From: Eledone cirrhosa
Lineage: Eukaryota
Direction of reading: 5' to 3'
Assembly: GCA_964016885.1 (NCBI GenBank)
Contig: OZ024741.1
Span: 161,386,001-161,450,000, forward strand
Length of the DNA: 64,000 bases
The notes under the pieces: generated by a model
Seen by the model: the letters and a program-made list of their open reading frames with translations, nothing else
The model's database searches: none
Told to the model about the DNA's origin: nothing
Program-made: the position numbers and the translations under genes
Shown: positions 1 to 13,248 of the stretch, piece after piece
How positions within the stretch are numbered: position 1 is the first letter of the stretch
Layout: each line of letters starts with the position of its first letter

Positions 1-150
1 CGACAAAAAAGGATCGATAAAATAAGTAAGTACCAGACATTAAAAATAAGTAAAGCCCTGGGATTAATATGATCGACAAAATTAAAATGGGTATCCCACT
101 ATGACCGCGGTCTAATGACTTAAACTAGTAAAGAGTAAAAAATATGAGTG

Positions 151-205
<55 letters not shown>

Positions 206-657
206 TTACTATATACATTCCTGTTAAAAACCATTTCTTACCTTATGCGTAACATATTTAAGCTTAGATTTGTGTCACCAAACTAACTGGACCAACGCCC
301 TAAACTATACGCCTCTGGGTGGTTATTCATGCTACTAGAAATAGCAGCCAGATCATCCTAAATATCACCTAGGACGACTTTTTAGATAAGGACAAGCATG
401 TGATACTCGGTTCCTTGTAGATCGAGAAAGAGATGGCATGGTAATGGCTGACATGCTTTGATCATATGTCTGCGCGATTAGGGTTGCCTGGGGCTAAACA
501 ACAACAACAATAATAATCAACAGTATAATATTTTGTTATAGCCTGTCATAACAATTAACACTAACTAAAAGACTTAGGTTATTCAAGCCATCTCCTCATA
601 TATGCATGAACATGTATGTAAGGGCCTTGTTTCAGGAGGGTTCCAGGGGACAAGTCC

Positions 658-779
<122 letters not shown>

Positions 780-976
780 TTTCCAACGTCTATATTATAT
801 GTTTTGTTTATTTAATATAATGAATTCTTTTTAAGCTTATTTTTTTTATATCTGAACTACTTTTGAATATATAAAATTCAATTAGCGTAAAATTTTACTT
901 ATGTGATAGGGTCTGGGAAAGGCACCATAAGCAATTTATGCTCCTTTAAGAATCAACAAATGTTGGTTTGTCCTCC

Positions 977-1340
977 TCACATTTTTAAGGCAAACGAAGC
1001 CCCTGTATGTATGTATGTATGTATGTATTTTTTTTTTTTTACTGGAACATTCCACCAGTACTCTTTCATATTATGTATATGTATGTCTTCCACATTACTG
1101 TAGCTTTTAATGTGTTTATTATCGGGGCTATCTTTTCTACGGATTGCATTGTACAGTGTTTTGGCCACTACATCATGCCTCATAGGTAGATAGTACCGCG
1201 ATGACATCTTTGGACAGCTGCTTATGATATGGGTGACATCTTCGATATGCAGAGTCTGCACTTGTTATCACATCAAGGTGTTTTGCCTGCATCCATATCT
1301 CTTTTGTGAATCAGATATTTTGTGTTGATTTCCTGTGAAT
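977..1340 (-). mobile_element. R4/Dong-like (RLE-type) non-LTR retrotransposon fragment, CCHC zinc-knuckle region
   Basis: Minus-strand translation gives QEINTKYLIH...CRLC / HIEDVTHIISSCPKMSSRYYLPMRHDVVAKTLY, the CCHC + RHD motif that precedes restriction-like endonuclease domains; frameshifted. Confidence 0.75.
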
Positions 1341-1412
1341 CAGGTATTTTGTGTTTATGAATCAGGTATTTTGTGTTTATGAATCAGGTATTTTGTGTTG
1401 ATGAATCAGGTA
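1310..1412. repeat. Tandem minisatellite, about 4 copies of a 21-22 bp unit (gaatcaggtattttgtgtttat)
   Basis: Unit visibly repeated; derived from the end of the adjacent LINE fragment. Confidence 0.85.
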
Positions 1413-1769
1413 AAAATATGTAAAACATTCCAAAAACTTTGCATTTTGCATATACACATGTACAGATACAAAGCGTATGCACATGCACACATACAACTCA
1501 AAACATACACATCCACACATACAATAACATCCATACCTACACATGCATGCACACATGCATACAAACATACACACGTAACATACACATTTTTGGATGGTCA
1601 TTGACTCTTATGAGTTCTGCCCTTTGTCAGGTCTTGTTTTTTGTCCTGCAGTGTGTCCAAAATCACCCTCCTCACCAAGTAAACTTGGTGGGGTTGCCGG
1701 TTTAGTCGCCGACGACCCGACCATGCGACTGGGTTACATGTTACCAGTAGCACTGAAGAGTGACCAGAC

Positions 1770-1800
<31 letters not shown>

Positions 1801-2071
1801 CATAGATACACACACATATATATATATATACACACACACACATATATATACACGCATACACACACACATATATATATATATATATGTATATACATATACA
1901 CATGCATACATATATATGTATATACATATACACATGCATACATATATATGTATATACATATACACATGCATACATATACATATATATATACAAATATATA
2001 TATATACATATATATTTCGTTTCTGAATTTGTTTAGCAAGATTCTTTATCTGAAAACGTGTGTTGAAACCG

Positions 2072-2434
2072 ATATTGTTGTACTTTGGGAGGGTCATGTT
2101 GCCAATAAGAAACACACCACAAATATAAACACACACAAACACCCGGATGTAACACATGCGCAAACTAAGCACACAACACACACAAAAACAAGATGGCGTA
2201 GGACAAAACAAAGGAGAGGCACAAAAACAAAGAAAAGAATCCCCAGTCACTGAAGAGGTCACAGAATGTGTGACGAAAGAACTTTGACAATATATAAACA
2301 ATCATCTGGTTGTGGGACCAACCAACCAACCGGAAATTTATAAATTCCTAAATTTATTATAATAAATTGAAGTGAAAGCAGCTGGTGCGTGTATTTCTTA
2401 TTGGCAACATGACCCTCCCAAAGTATAACAATAT
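2072..2434. mobile_element. Small element with ~45-bp terminal inverted repeats, next to a (TA)n-type tract, carrying a hammerhead motif
   Basis: atattgttgtactttgggagggtcatgttgccaataagaaa at 2072 is mirrored by tttcttattggcaacatgaccctcccaaagtataacaatat ending at 2434; the same terminus recurs near 7585. Confidence 0.75.
2246..2288 (+). ncRNA. Minimal type I hammerhead ribozyme motif
   Basis: gtca-CTGAAGA-ggtcacagaatgtgtgac-GAAA-gaactt-tgac: stem I gtca/tgac, stem II gtca/tgac, both core boxes present. Confidence 0.6.
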
Positions 2435-2478
2435 ACATATATATATATACACATGTATATATACACACATATATATAT

Positions 2479-2509
<31 letters not shown>

Positions 2510-3165
2510 CACACATATATATAAATACACACACATATATAAATACACACATAAATATACATATACACATATATACATATACACACATAAATAAACACAC
2601 ATATTTACATATATACATATATATACACATATACATATATACATATACACACATACATACATATACATATATATACATACATATACATATATATACATAT
2701 ATATATATGTACATATACATATATACATATATACATATGTGTATGTATGGGCTGGATACCCGATCGCACGGTTTAACCACTGGGAGTGAAGGATCCCTAG
2801 CCTTTGTCAAGGCATTCTTCTAGGAGAAGGTAACTCAGAAAATTGGGATAACTCCGACATAAAACCTGCGGCTCAGTAGTTACCGATGATGTTGATCTTT
2901 TCTTCTTTTCAGGTTATAGCTACTGTCGCTCAGAGAGTGGGATTGGCTCAGTGCACAGTCTTTCCTCACTTTAACAAATATCTTCACGCACAGGCATTGC
3001 ACGATAGAATTAATTAATAATTATTAATAATGTTATATCGTGCAATGGCCATACTCGGTAACGAGGAGGCAGCCATCATGTATGTATGTATGTATGAATG
3101 TATGTATATATACATATTATATGCATACATATATGCATATATATATGCGTACGAAAATATGTATA

Positions 3166-3226
<61 letters not shown>

Positions 3227-3266
3227 AGGAGGTTATAGTTCACCCGAAGCATTGTGTAATGAGGTA

Positions 3267-3751
3267 TAAACGTTTGTATATGTATAATAAAGCCAAAACA
3301 ATGCAGGTATGGATATAGAATAAAGAATGCAAATGCAAATTGTTGACAATTAGTCTTTTACCTTAGATTTATTTAAATGTCCTAAATTTTCGAGATAATA
3401 TCTCTTCTTCAGAGGGAATAAAGTTGTCAAACCAGTGTTCTAAATAGCTTGCCAAGTCATGCTGTCAGGAAATGGTATAGAGTATCTGTTCTATCTCTAA
3501 TTTCAAAGAGTTAAGATTGGGTGGATAAAGAGTAGTCTCCCTTTAAGAGGGGTTTGTTTTTATTGCTTATTTTTGTTTTTTTGTACATGCCTGTTTAAGT
3601 GTGTGAGAGAATGCATGAAGGTGTAAGTATGTGAGTGTGTGTGTGTGAGTGTGAGAAGATATGTCTATACGTAAATGTGGGGGATAGATGTTATCTCGTG
3701 TTAGAACAGGTTTAGTGTGTGTATGTGTAAGAGAGAATAAGTGTAGGTGTA

Positions 3752-3829
<78 letters not shown>

Positions 3830-4170
3830 CGTGTGTGCGTGTGTGTGTGTGGGGTGTGTGTAAATATGGGGCTAGGAGCTCTATCAAGTTATAAATTGGG
3901 TGTTGAGTTCTAGTCTATTATTAATTGGAGGTTGTGTTTTGTCTATAATTAGTGCTTCCTTAATTCTAAGATTGCCGAGGTTCCTTTCCTTAGTTTCTAT
4001 CCTAACTGTTATGGTTTTGTCCCTCTGAAGAAGAGATATTATCTCGAAAATTTAGGACATTTAAATAAATCTAAGGTAAAAGACTAATTGTTAACAATTT
4101 GCATTTGCATTCTTTATTCTATGTCCATACCTGCATTGTTTTGGCTTTATTATACATATACAAACGTTTA
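3267..4170 (-). mobile_element. 5'-truncated Penelope-like element with inverted pseudo-LTRs
   Basis: ~150-bp inverted repeats (3267-3417 and 4020-4170), each with a hammerhead core. Minus strand 3900-4010 reads ERNLGNLRIKEALIIDKTQPPINNRLE, typical of the GIY-YIG C-terminus (L.IKEAL.I....P.IN). Confidence 0.75.
4018..4059 (+). ncRNA. Minimal hammerhead ribozyme motif (inverted copy at 3378-3417, minus strand)
   Basis: tgtccct-CTGAAGA-agagatattatctc-GAAA-attta-ggaca; stem II gagat/atctc, palindromic mini stem III. Confidence 0.65.
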
Positions 4171-4179
4171 AAAACAATG

Positions 4180-4375
4180 AATAAAAACAAACAACAAGTT
4201 CCTTATATTCAAAAATTCATCATTTTACGATCATTTCTAGGATGTATATGTGTGTTGATATGTATATCATATAGATCGATGTAAAAATATTACAATATAC
4301 ATCCTAGAAACGATCGTAAAATGATGATTTTTTTATGTAAGGAACTTGTTCTTTGTTTTTATTCATTGTGTTTAT
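4180..4375. repeat. Inverted repeat (~70-bp arms) containing the 3' half of a hammerhead (GAAA-CGATCG-TA)
   Basis: aatgaataaaaacaaacaacaagttccttata...catcattttacgatcatttctaggatgtata mirrored by tatacatcctagaaacgatcgtaaaatgatg...gtttttattcatt. Confidence 0.7.
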
Positions 4376-4536
4376 TAATTTATCTTGACTCTGTTTTCCT
4401 ATGATTTTCATCGGAAATTTTTGAATGCATCTTCTCTTTACATGACATTTGGATTACATTGAGTTCTTCATACGGATTAGACACTACCGTATATTTTGGT
4501 AGATTTATCTATATATATATATATATATATATATAT

Positions 4537-5405
4537 TCTCAGCCCCACACTCATCGACAGTCTCAACTTCCTGCATCAAATCCTCTGCCTCCTTCACTGT
4601 ATTTATCACCAAAACTATGTCGTCGGCAAATTCAGCATCTGATATCTTTTTCGCCTTAACTCTCCTGCTCTGAGCCGGTGTTACAGTAAAGCCAGAGTCC
4701 TGGTGTTTCTCAAGTGCAAGGCGCATACAATAGTCCACTACAATTATAAAAAGGTAGGGAGCCAATGCATCTCCCTGGAGCACTCCAGCCAGTATCTCAA
4801 AGAACTCTGTCATCCCATCAGGTGTAATGACTTGGGATTTGGTGTTGGTGTAGAGCAGTGATATCAGGTCCACTATCTTCTTGGGGATTCCATAAGCCTG
4901 TAAGATCTTCATCAGGCAGTGACGGTCCACAGAATCAAAGGCCTTCCTAAAGTCAATGAAAACCATGACCGCAGGAAGGTACTTTGCTCTAGCTCCCTCT
5001 AATATCCTCCTCAGCATCAGGATGTGACTGATGGTTGATCTTCCCTCTCTGAAACCGTTCTGGTTGTCCCTGAGCTTCTTCTCCATCTCGGGCTGGATCC
5101 TGTTAAGAATCATCCTGTTGAGGGTCTTTGCCACAAGTGACGTCAGTGAGATCCCCCTGTAGTTGTTGGTGTTAGAGCGATCTCCCTTCTTTGGCACTGG
5201 AACGATGTTACTGATCCTCCACTGATTCGGGGCAACTCCCTTTTCCAGTGCCTGGTTACAGAACCCCAGGATGAAATCATCAAAATCACACCTCTTCATC
5301 ACCTCTGATGCCACTCCATCTTCTCCATGAGCCTTGCCCTCCTTGATCTTCTTGGCTCTCTGAAGCTCCTCTCTGGTGAAGGGCTCTGTCTCAATATCCA
5401 GTTCT
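4537..5405 (-). mobile_element. RTE-clade LINE reverse transcriptase fragment
   Basis: ORF 4505-5314 has IVPVPKKGD, NYRGISL, QNGFREGRST, FIDFRKAFDSV, GVLQGDALAPYLF, FADD; both ends are truncated next to (TA)n. Confidence 0.92.
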
Positions 5406-5445
5406 GATTATGTGAATATCTTCATTTGTTAATATTTTAAATAAG

Positions 5446-5476
<31 letters not shown>

Positions 5477-5482
<6 letters not shown>

Positions 5483-6170
5483 GGAATAGAATGAAACGAA
5501 ATTTCATTTCTCACTCTTAGTACAAAACTTACTTAAATGTAAGTATGTATGTATGTATACGTACATACATATATGTATACAGACGCACAGTAGTATGTAT
5601 ATATATACATACATGCACACATATATATATGCACGTATCGATTTACCGAACATTGAAACTAGTACATCGTTCCTGTGTCAGTGTTGAACAAAAAGGTGAC
5701 CTGGTTGCCTAAAAGGTGACCTGGTTGTACCAAAAAGGTGACCTGGTTACCAAAAAGGTGACCTGGTTGTACGTAATTATTCAGGCTGTTTGTTTGTTTA
5801 TAAACAAACAAACCGAGCATTATAATAAATGTTCGCTAAACTGATACGTACATATATATATGTGTGTGCATGTATGTATATATATATATATACATACTAC
5901 TGTGCGTCTGTATACATATATGTATGTACGTATACATACATACTTACATTTAAGTAAGGGCCGTACTAAGACTGAGAAATGAAATTTCGTTTCATTCTAT
6001 TCCATTTATCGTTTTCAGTGCGCCCGGCCGACTAAACTCACTCGATATGCAAATTAGGCTGCTCAGCCGTTAATATGCATAAGGAAAGTATATACTTTCA
6101 GACGTCCAACCATCTGGCAGGAAGGTATACGATGCTGACGATAGCTAATGAGCTTGAAACTAGTACATCG
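5477..6170 (+). mobile_element. Fold-back element (~180-bp inverted arms 5477-5655 / 5828-6008) ending in a hammerhead motif
   Basis: aatggaatagaatgaaacgaaatttcatttctca... is mirrored at 5975-6008; the spacer holds 4x aaaaggtgacctggtt; flanked by (TA)n. Confidence 0.7.
6130..6170 (+). ncRNA. Minimal type I hammerhead ribozyme
   Basis: cgatg-CTGACGA-tagctaatgagctt-GAAA-CTAG-TA-catcg: perfect 5-bp stem I, agct/agct stem II, palindromic stem III (aCTAGt), GUA cleavage triplet. Confidence 0.8.
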
Positions 6171-6347
6171 TTGTATATGTATATGTATATATAGATACAT
6201 ATATATATGCATATATATATGTATATGTATATATAGATACATATATATATGTATATATATATGTATATATTTGTATATATAAATATATGTATATGTATAT
6301 ATATATATATACATATATATATGTATATGTATCTATATATACATATA

Positions 6348-6384
<37 letters not shown>

Positions 6385-6398
6385 GTATATATAGATAC

Positions 6399-6440
<42 letters not shown>

Positions 6441-6507
6441 TTATAAATACATATACATATATATATATATATAATATAAGATCAAAAGATGGTTAAAAGA
6501 GTTCCAA

Positions 6508-6580
6508 GTATTTTATTATGCGCATTTCAAAAACAAACATCATCATGGGATGACATCTGTGTTTTCATCAGATAAAATAG
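6508..6580 (-). ncRNA. Minimal type I hammerhead ribozyme
   Basis: Reverse complement: tattttat-CTGATGA-aaacacagatgtcatcccatgatgatgtttgttttt-GAAA-TGCGCA-TA-ataaaata; perfect 8-bp stem I, palindromic stem III. Confidence 0.8.
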
Positions 6581-7069
6581 GGATACATGATATGAAGCTT
6601 AAAAAACACTTGTGAATAGTGAAGTTTTAAATCAACATATGAAAAATAATTTAAGATTGATGTATGAGATTGGGAAAAAGTGAGGGGGGGTGGAAAAGGT
6701 AAGGAAGAGGAGGAGATGAGAGTAAAGAATGGTGGGGGAGGGGTATAAGAAGGAAGGATGAGAGAGGAGGAGAGATGGGTGATAGAGAGAGAGATGGCCT
6801 TTACAACTGAGAAAAAATATATATTGTCTCACAAGAGAAGTTAAAAAGCCGTTGGAAGATAATAGATAATTTAAAAGAATTTGAAATTAAAAGTTAATGA
6901 GGTTTATGCATGAAGAGAAAAAGGGATTAAGAATAATATTAAATTAAGGTTTGTATATAAATATAGTTTCCATTTGTTAATATCGTATGTTTACTCCAAA
7001 TACTTGAGTGCTTTATATCAGTTATAAAAATATTTGCTTGTTGTATCCCAACAATTTAAATAGAACTTT

Positions 7070-7121
<52 letters not shown>

Positions 7122-7198
7122 TATACATATATATATATATATTTATATATACATATATATACATATATATATATATATTTATATATACATATATATAC

Positions 7199-7232
<34 letters not shown>

Positions 7233-7264
7233 TTATATATACATATATATATATATATTTATAT

Positions 7265-7312
<48 letters not shown>

Positions 7313-7495
7313 AAAAGTATGACCCCGACGGCAGAGCTCAAGCTGTTTCGACGGCTATTTCTGTCCAGAAATAGCCATCGAAACGGCTTGAGCTCTGCCG
7401 TCGGGGGTCATACTTTTTCCTATTTCCCACTCTACTACCCTAAGTATTGTGTACTCTGGTCCATCTGGTTCCTTACCACAATTCCTTCGTTATAT
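7313..7495 (+). mobile_element. Short element with a near-perfect ~105-nt hairpin (7313-7417), inserted in (TA)n; second copy at 14945-15140 in the opposite orientation
   Basis: gtatgaccccgacggcagagctcaagctgtttcgacggctatttct / agaaatagccatcgaaacggcttgagctctgccgtcgggggtcatac; the shared tail ctctactaccctaagtatt...ccttaccaca is present in both copies. Confidence 0.8.
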
Positions 7496-7525
7496 ATATT
7501 TATATATACATATATATACATATAC

Positions 7526-7589
<64 letters not shown>

Positions 7590-7684
7590 TACTTGGGGAG
7601 GGTCATATGTGTGTAATAATATTGCCAGAATTCATAACAGAACACACTCACTGTTTGGTTAATTCATCGCCGTTATATATATAT

Positions 7685-7757
<73 letters not shown>

Positions 7758-7786
7758 CATATACATATATATACATATATATATAC

Positions 7787-7894
<108 letters not shown>

Positions 7895-7942
7895 CGGCGA
7901 TGAATTAACCAAACAGTGAGTGTGTTTAATATCATATATACA

Positions 7943-7973
<31 letters not shown>

Positions 7974-8001
7974 TTGTGTGTGTGTGTGTGTGTGTGTATA
8001 A

Positions 8002-8066
<65 letters not shown>

Positions 8067-8459
8067 AACACAAACACATACACGCATATACACATGAGTA
8101 CAATATATACAGTGTAGCTCATGTGCTTAAACTGGAGCCAAAACTGCTGTTTTGCTCTCCAGTGATTTCTCACAGGCAGTAATTAGACATTCAATCCTTT
8201 ATAGTCGCATATGTGTTTGTGTTTGTACTTGTTTGTGTTTTGTTTGTGTTTGTATTTGTTTGTGTGTGTCTGCGTTTCTGTGTATATTTTGTGAGTGCAT
8301 GTATCCGTTTGTGTATCTGTGTTTGAGTGTGTTTGTGTGTGTCTGTGTATGTGTATGTGTATTGTGAGTGTGCGCGTGTTTGGATGTTTATGTTTTGTAT
8401 ACGTATATGTATCTGAGTTGTGAGTGCGTGTGAGCGTGCATTGTGAGTGCGTGTGTTTG

Positions 8460-8532
<73 letters not shown>

Positions 8533-8803
8533 TTGCAGTGTGAGTGTCTGCCCGCGTGTGTGTGTGTGTGTGTGTACGTATTTACTGGTAAGTAGCTAGA
8601 TATTTAGGTACAGGCATGGCTTCGCAACCACGTGTTCAGTCCCAGAGTATGGCACCTTGAGCAAGTGTTTTCTACTACTATAGCCTCAGGTGGATCGGTG
8701 TCTTGTGGAATCTAATAGACAAAAAACTGCGCACCCACACATACATACATACATACTCTCAGATTACAGAGTTCATGGATGCTATATTTACAAATAACCA
8801 CAC

Positions 8804-8858
<55 letters not shown>

Positions 8859-8969
8859 CGGCGGCGGACGCATCCGGAGAAGAAGTAGAAGAAGATCTAC
8901 AATCTCAATGTAAACAAATTATAAAAATGTCAAACAGCAATGAATGTGGCAAGTCTAACATCACCAATA

Positions 8970-9090
8970 GCGAGTTGTCGATTGGTAGAGCATCGGATAA
9001 AATATCATTGCGCTATTTGTTCCAACTCTATATTCTGAGTTCAAATCCCGCCAAGGTCAACTTTCACTTTCCGGAGTCGACGAATTCAAC
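8970..9090 (+). mobile_element. tRNA-derived SINE (octopus-type), partial
   Basis: A-box-like ttggtagagc and B-box ctgagttcaaatccc followed by gccaaggtcaacttt; same family as other copies in the window. Confidence 0.75.
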
Positions 9091-9419
9091 TTTGCCACCC
9101 CATCCCCCCCGCCCCATAATTCGCTGGTGTTGTAGTCGTTACTACAATTACAACAACAATAGCGAGTTGTTGATATTGATGATGATGTTGCTACTACAAT
9201 AACCACTACAGCGGCCGTCGAGAAATAATAAAATTAAAATTAAAATAAAAATATATATATTTATGGTTTCTAATTTAGGCACAGGGTCAACTATTGGGGA
9301 GGAGAACAGTCGATTAAATCGACACCAGACTATGACTGGTACTTTATTTTACCGACCCTCCCTCCTTAAGGAGGAGGGTGGGTAAATTTGACCTCGGCAG
9401 TAACTAAATAATAATAAAT

Positions 9420-9880
9420 TTTCTTTTATTGGCCTTAAGGGCGCAAAACACTGTGGAGTATTCAAAGACGAAATACAACACAGATTAGGGTTTACATTGA
9501 AGAAGGAGAAATCAACAAAGTAGATATAACAATAATAGTAAGTGTAATATATAGTAATGGTAGCAGTACAACAATATAAAGATCAACACTGAAAAGTTCT
9601 CCAATACGAACAGACAAACTCTCTTGTGTAATTCCAGAGAAAACACCCAACAAAACCCCGAATTATTCTGCCACCCCACATACATTGAAAGTGTCCTCTC
9701 TCGGTTTCTTTCCCCTTACTTAGAAGAACATGGTCAGATAAGTAATTTGTCAATCTCGCTACTCTCACCCATCTTTCCTAAAATACATAAGAAGGCAGCA
9801 CCGCCCTCTTTACCCTCTTCAAATGGTACTTGGAGAGGAAAATTCTTATCGGAAGTATTGACGCTTCCCTTCCAGATGAA
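9420..9880 (-). mobile_element. Decayed 3' end of a Tx1-like LINE
   Basis: Reverse complement resembles 54840-55335 (gagggcggtgctgccttcttatgt...gaaagatgggtgagagtagcgag; tail ttgcgcccttaaggccaataaaagaaaat). Confidence 0.6.
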
Positions 9881-10428
9881 GGTGGTGGTTCGATATTTTT
9901 TCTATAGACACGGCTAATAAATCAACTCCCGTACTTAAGTGGTATTTCCTTTATTCAACCTCGGAAGGATGGAAGCAAAGTTGGCCTCGGCGGTATTTAA
10001 ACTCAGAACTTAATGAGTCGTAACCAAATACCGCAAAGCATTTTGTCTGACGCTCTAAAGTTTCTGCTAATTCACCAACCCGGATGAATATAATGCTGCA
10101 CACGCGTCAGGTACACGGAGATGCACCAGGTGAGTAAACACTTGTATGGAAATGATAATTTCTTTTATTCTCTGCAACAGCACAAAAAATTGGAAATACA
10201 CAAGGACAAAAACAACACAGACTGGGGTTTACATCGAATAAAGGAAAAGAAACATCACGGAAGAGAAAGTAGCATATATAATAATATTAGTAATTATAAT
10301 GCATAGTAATGGGGACAATAGAAAGCAATATCGAATATCAACAACGAAGTTTCCCAATTGAGGGGAATAGCTTAGCTTTAGGGAAATTCCTGGGAAAACC
10401 CCACACAAAACCCCAGATTACTACCGAA

Positions 10429-10990
10429 GTAATAATTGTTTCTACTTTAGGCACAAGGCCAGCAATTACCCAGTGCATTACTGGTACTTTATTTTATCGA
10501 CCCCGTAAGGATGAAAGGCAAAGTGAACCTCGGCGGGATTTGAACTCAGATCGTAAAGGGACGTAACTATGCTGGAAAGCATGGCGTCCGACCCTCTACC
10601 GATACTGCCAATCCACCGCCCTTCTACCGAAGTAATAATTGTTTCTACTTTAGGCACAAGGCCAGCAATTACCCAGAGTGCATTACTGGTACTTTATTTT
10701 ATCGACCCCGTAAGGATGAAAGGCAAAGTCAACCTCGGCGGGATTTGAACTCAGATCGTAAAGGGACGTATAATGATTTCTAATTAAAGCAGAGCCAGTA
10801 ATTCGTGGGAAGGGGAAAAGTCGACTTTAACAATATCAGTACGCGACTGGTACTTTATTTTATCGTCCCTGAAAGGATGAGAAGCGAAGTTGACCTCGGT
10901 GGGATTTGAACTCAGAATGTAGGAGTTCGTAACTAAATACCACAAATTATTTGTCCAACGCTCTACCGATATTGTCAGTCCACCGCCCTA
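10429..10990 (-). mobile_element. Three tandem tRNA-derived SINE copies
   Basis: Repeated tactggtactttattttatcgaccccgtaaggatgaaaggcaaagt..cctcggcgggatttgaactcag (B-box on the minus strand) at about 10480, 10685 and 10850; further copies at 9262-9405 and 9920-10080. Confidence 0.85.
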
Positions 10991-11066
10991 ACCGAAGCAA
11001 CAACAATTCTATTTAAACAAAAAATAAACAGTGTGCGTGTGTATGTGTAATTAATTGATAACTTAC

Positions 11067-11445
11067 ATAGCGTTTGGTTACGTTCCTTGACCAAAGTCTG
11101 GCACTTTTCCCAACCCAAATCAGTGGCCTGGGTTGATGTGACGATTGCTGTGGTACCAGTCCAAGTGTCACCACCATCGTTGATCGTTTTGTCTGTCTTC
11201 CCGATGATAGAGTCGCTGCCCGGTGCTTTTAAGAAACTGCATCGACATTGAACATCCTTGTTGTACGAAGAACCGGCAAAGTGAACGATAATGCCGACCC
11301 CGACAGCTATGATGATGGCCAGAAAAACTAGGATGAAGCCCGTGGTCGTTCTCACAAAGCATCCACTCCATCTTGAACGACTCTTCATTGAGTTATTATC
11401 GCTGGTGATATCAGCGAAGTCCAATTTCTGACTGCTGCCAAACAT
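11067..11445 (-). CDS. First coding exon of a type II single-pass membrane protein, likely M1-family aminopeptidase N-like
   Basis: gccactATG start context at 11445; short cytoplasmic tail, TM helix GFILVFLAIIIAVGVGIIVHFAG, then a Ser/Thr-rich stalk; canonical donor CTAT|GTAAGT at 11066 (phase 1). The aminopeptidase call is recalled from similar molluscan N-termini; no catalytic exon is visible in the window. Confidence 0.65.
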
Positions 11446-13049
11446 AGTGGCTTTTTATTTTATTTTTTTTATTATTGTTATTATTATTTACTTTTCTTTC
11501 TTTCCTTTTTTTAGCTGTATTTTTCCTCCCTCACGTCTGACTGCCTACCTATTGTCGGCCTATCTGCCTGTCAGTCGTCTGCTTCTTTCAATGTTCACGT
11601 CTCTTTTCTCTCTGTCGTCTGCCTCTGCCTGTCAGATGCTTCTTTCTTCTTTTACTGTTCACGTCCTTTGGCCTGTCACCGTCACTTTTTACTATTGCTA
11701 TTGCCAATGTTGTTGTTACTATTGTTGTTGTTGTAGTAGTGGTGGTGGTGGTGGTGGTGGTGGTGGTTGTGGTGGTGGTGCTGGCGATGGCGAGGTATTT
11801 AGTGGTAATAGGTGAGTGTGTGCATGTGTAAAGGTGCGGTAGTTATGCTGTGCTTACTGATATTGTTGTTGTTGTGTTAGTGGTGGTGTTGGTGTTGGTG
11901 GTGGAGGAGGAAGAGGAAGAGGAAGAAGAGATGGAGATAGAGGTGGTGGTGGTAGTGGTGTCCGATACTGTTTTTCTGAGATGATGGTTGTTGTTGCTAC
12001 AATCGACGTTATTGCTATTGTGATAGGTGGAGGTGGCGATAGTGGTGCTGATGTTTAACCCTAGGTCATCCCCTCATTCAACAGACCAATGATGAAAAAG
12101 ATTCCAGAAGTGATATCATTCACATCTTTATAAGGATATATATACATATATGACAGTGCCCCAGCATGGCTACAGCCTGTCGGCTGGAACACTTCATGAG
12201 TATTAAATCTCTACTTTGGTATTGAGTACTCCTTTCCAGCCGTCAACAACATACGGATATTTATATATATAGAGATAGATAGAGAGAGAGAGAGAGATTT
12301 CATATAGAAATGACTTCTACACGACTATAACTGTTTCGTTTATTTGAAATCATCGGTAACGTCAAATAATGTTGATCAAGTTCGGTATTTAAGTCATTTC
12401 TACATGAAATAAATCATGTACTTTCCCAACCAATCCTTCCTTTACCTTTTATACGGAGATACATAACATACATATCTATTTATATATATATATTATTAAG
12501 AGAGAGAGGGAGAGAGAGATCTGACTCCGTTATCTAACGTGTCCTATCCTTGTTTATCACAATACAGTGTAAGTAACCTCACGGAGTTTTGGCTGCTATT
12601 TCTAGTAGAACAGGTTGAGCGATTGTGTTGTTTTACAGGTTTACATACATTCGTATGTCTGTACGACGTATGTATGTATGTATGTATGTATGTATGTATG
12701 TATGTATGTATGTATGTATGTACTTGTGTGTACTTGTGTGTGTGTGTGTGTGTACGTATGTGTGTATGTATGTATGTATATATTCGTCTCAGTGCAGTTG
12801 CGTCTGATGTTATTCAAGTCAGTTGTTGATATTGTTGTTACTGCTACTGCTAGTTTTATTCTTCTGGCACTCTATGTTGTTGTGTTGCTGTTGTTGTTGT
12901 TGTTGTTGTTGTTGTGTTGTTATTAAGCCATAAATGATGACGCCATGCGGACGGAATACAGTGTGAAATATGGTTTAGTAAACAGGTATATTTACGCGCG
13001 CATATGTGGCTTGCTGCATTGCATGGTATATATATATATATATATATAA

Positions 13050-13132
<83 letters not shown>

Positions 13133-13170
13133 TACACATACACACACGCACATATATATATATATATACC

Positions 13171-13242
<72 letters not shown>

Positions 13243-13248
<6 letters not shown>

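Noticed and set aside
5688-5772. CRISPR-like array of aaaaggtgacctggtt repeats
   Set aside because: Spacers are only 3-7 bp, the context is eukaryotic and there are no cas genes; it is a simple minisatellite.
10975-11066. C-terminal 30 codons of the 156-aa ORF
   Set aside because: They lie past a consensus GTAAGT donor and run into SINE sequence, so they are intronic read-through.
11447-11815. 122-aa plus-strand ORF with Cys/Gly runs divergent from the host exon
   Set aside because: It is made of T-rich, (GTT)n and (GGT)n repeats antisense to the likely 5' UTR, with a GTG start.
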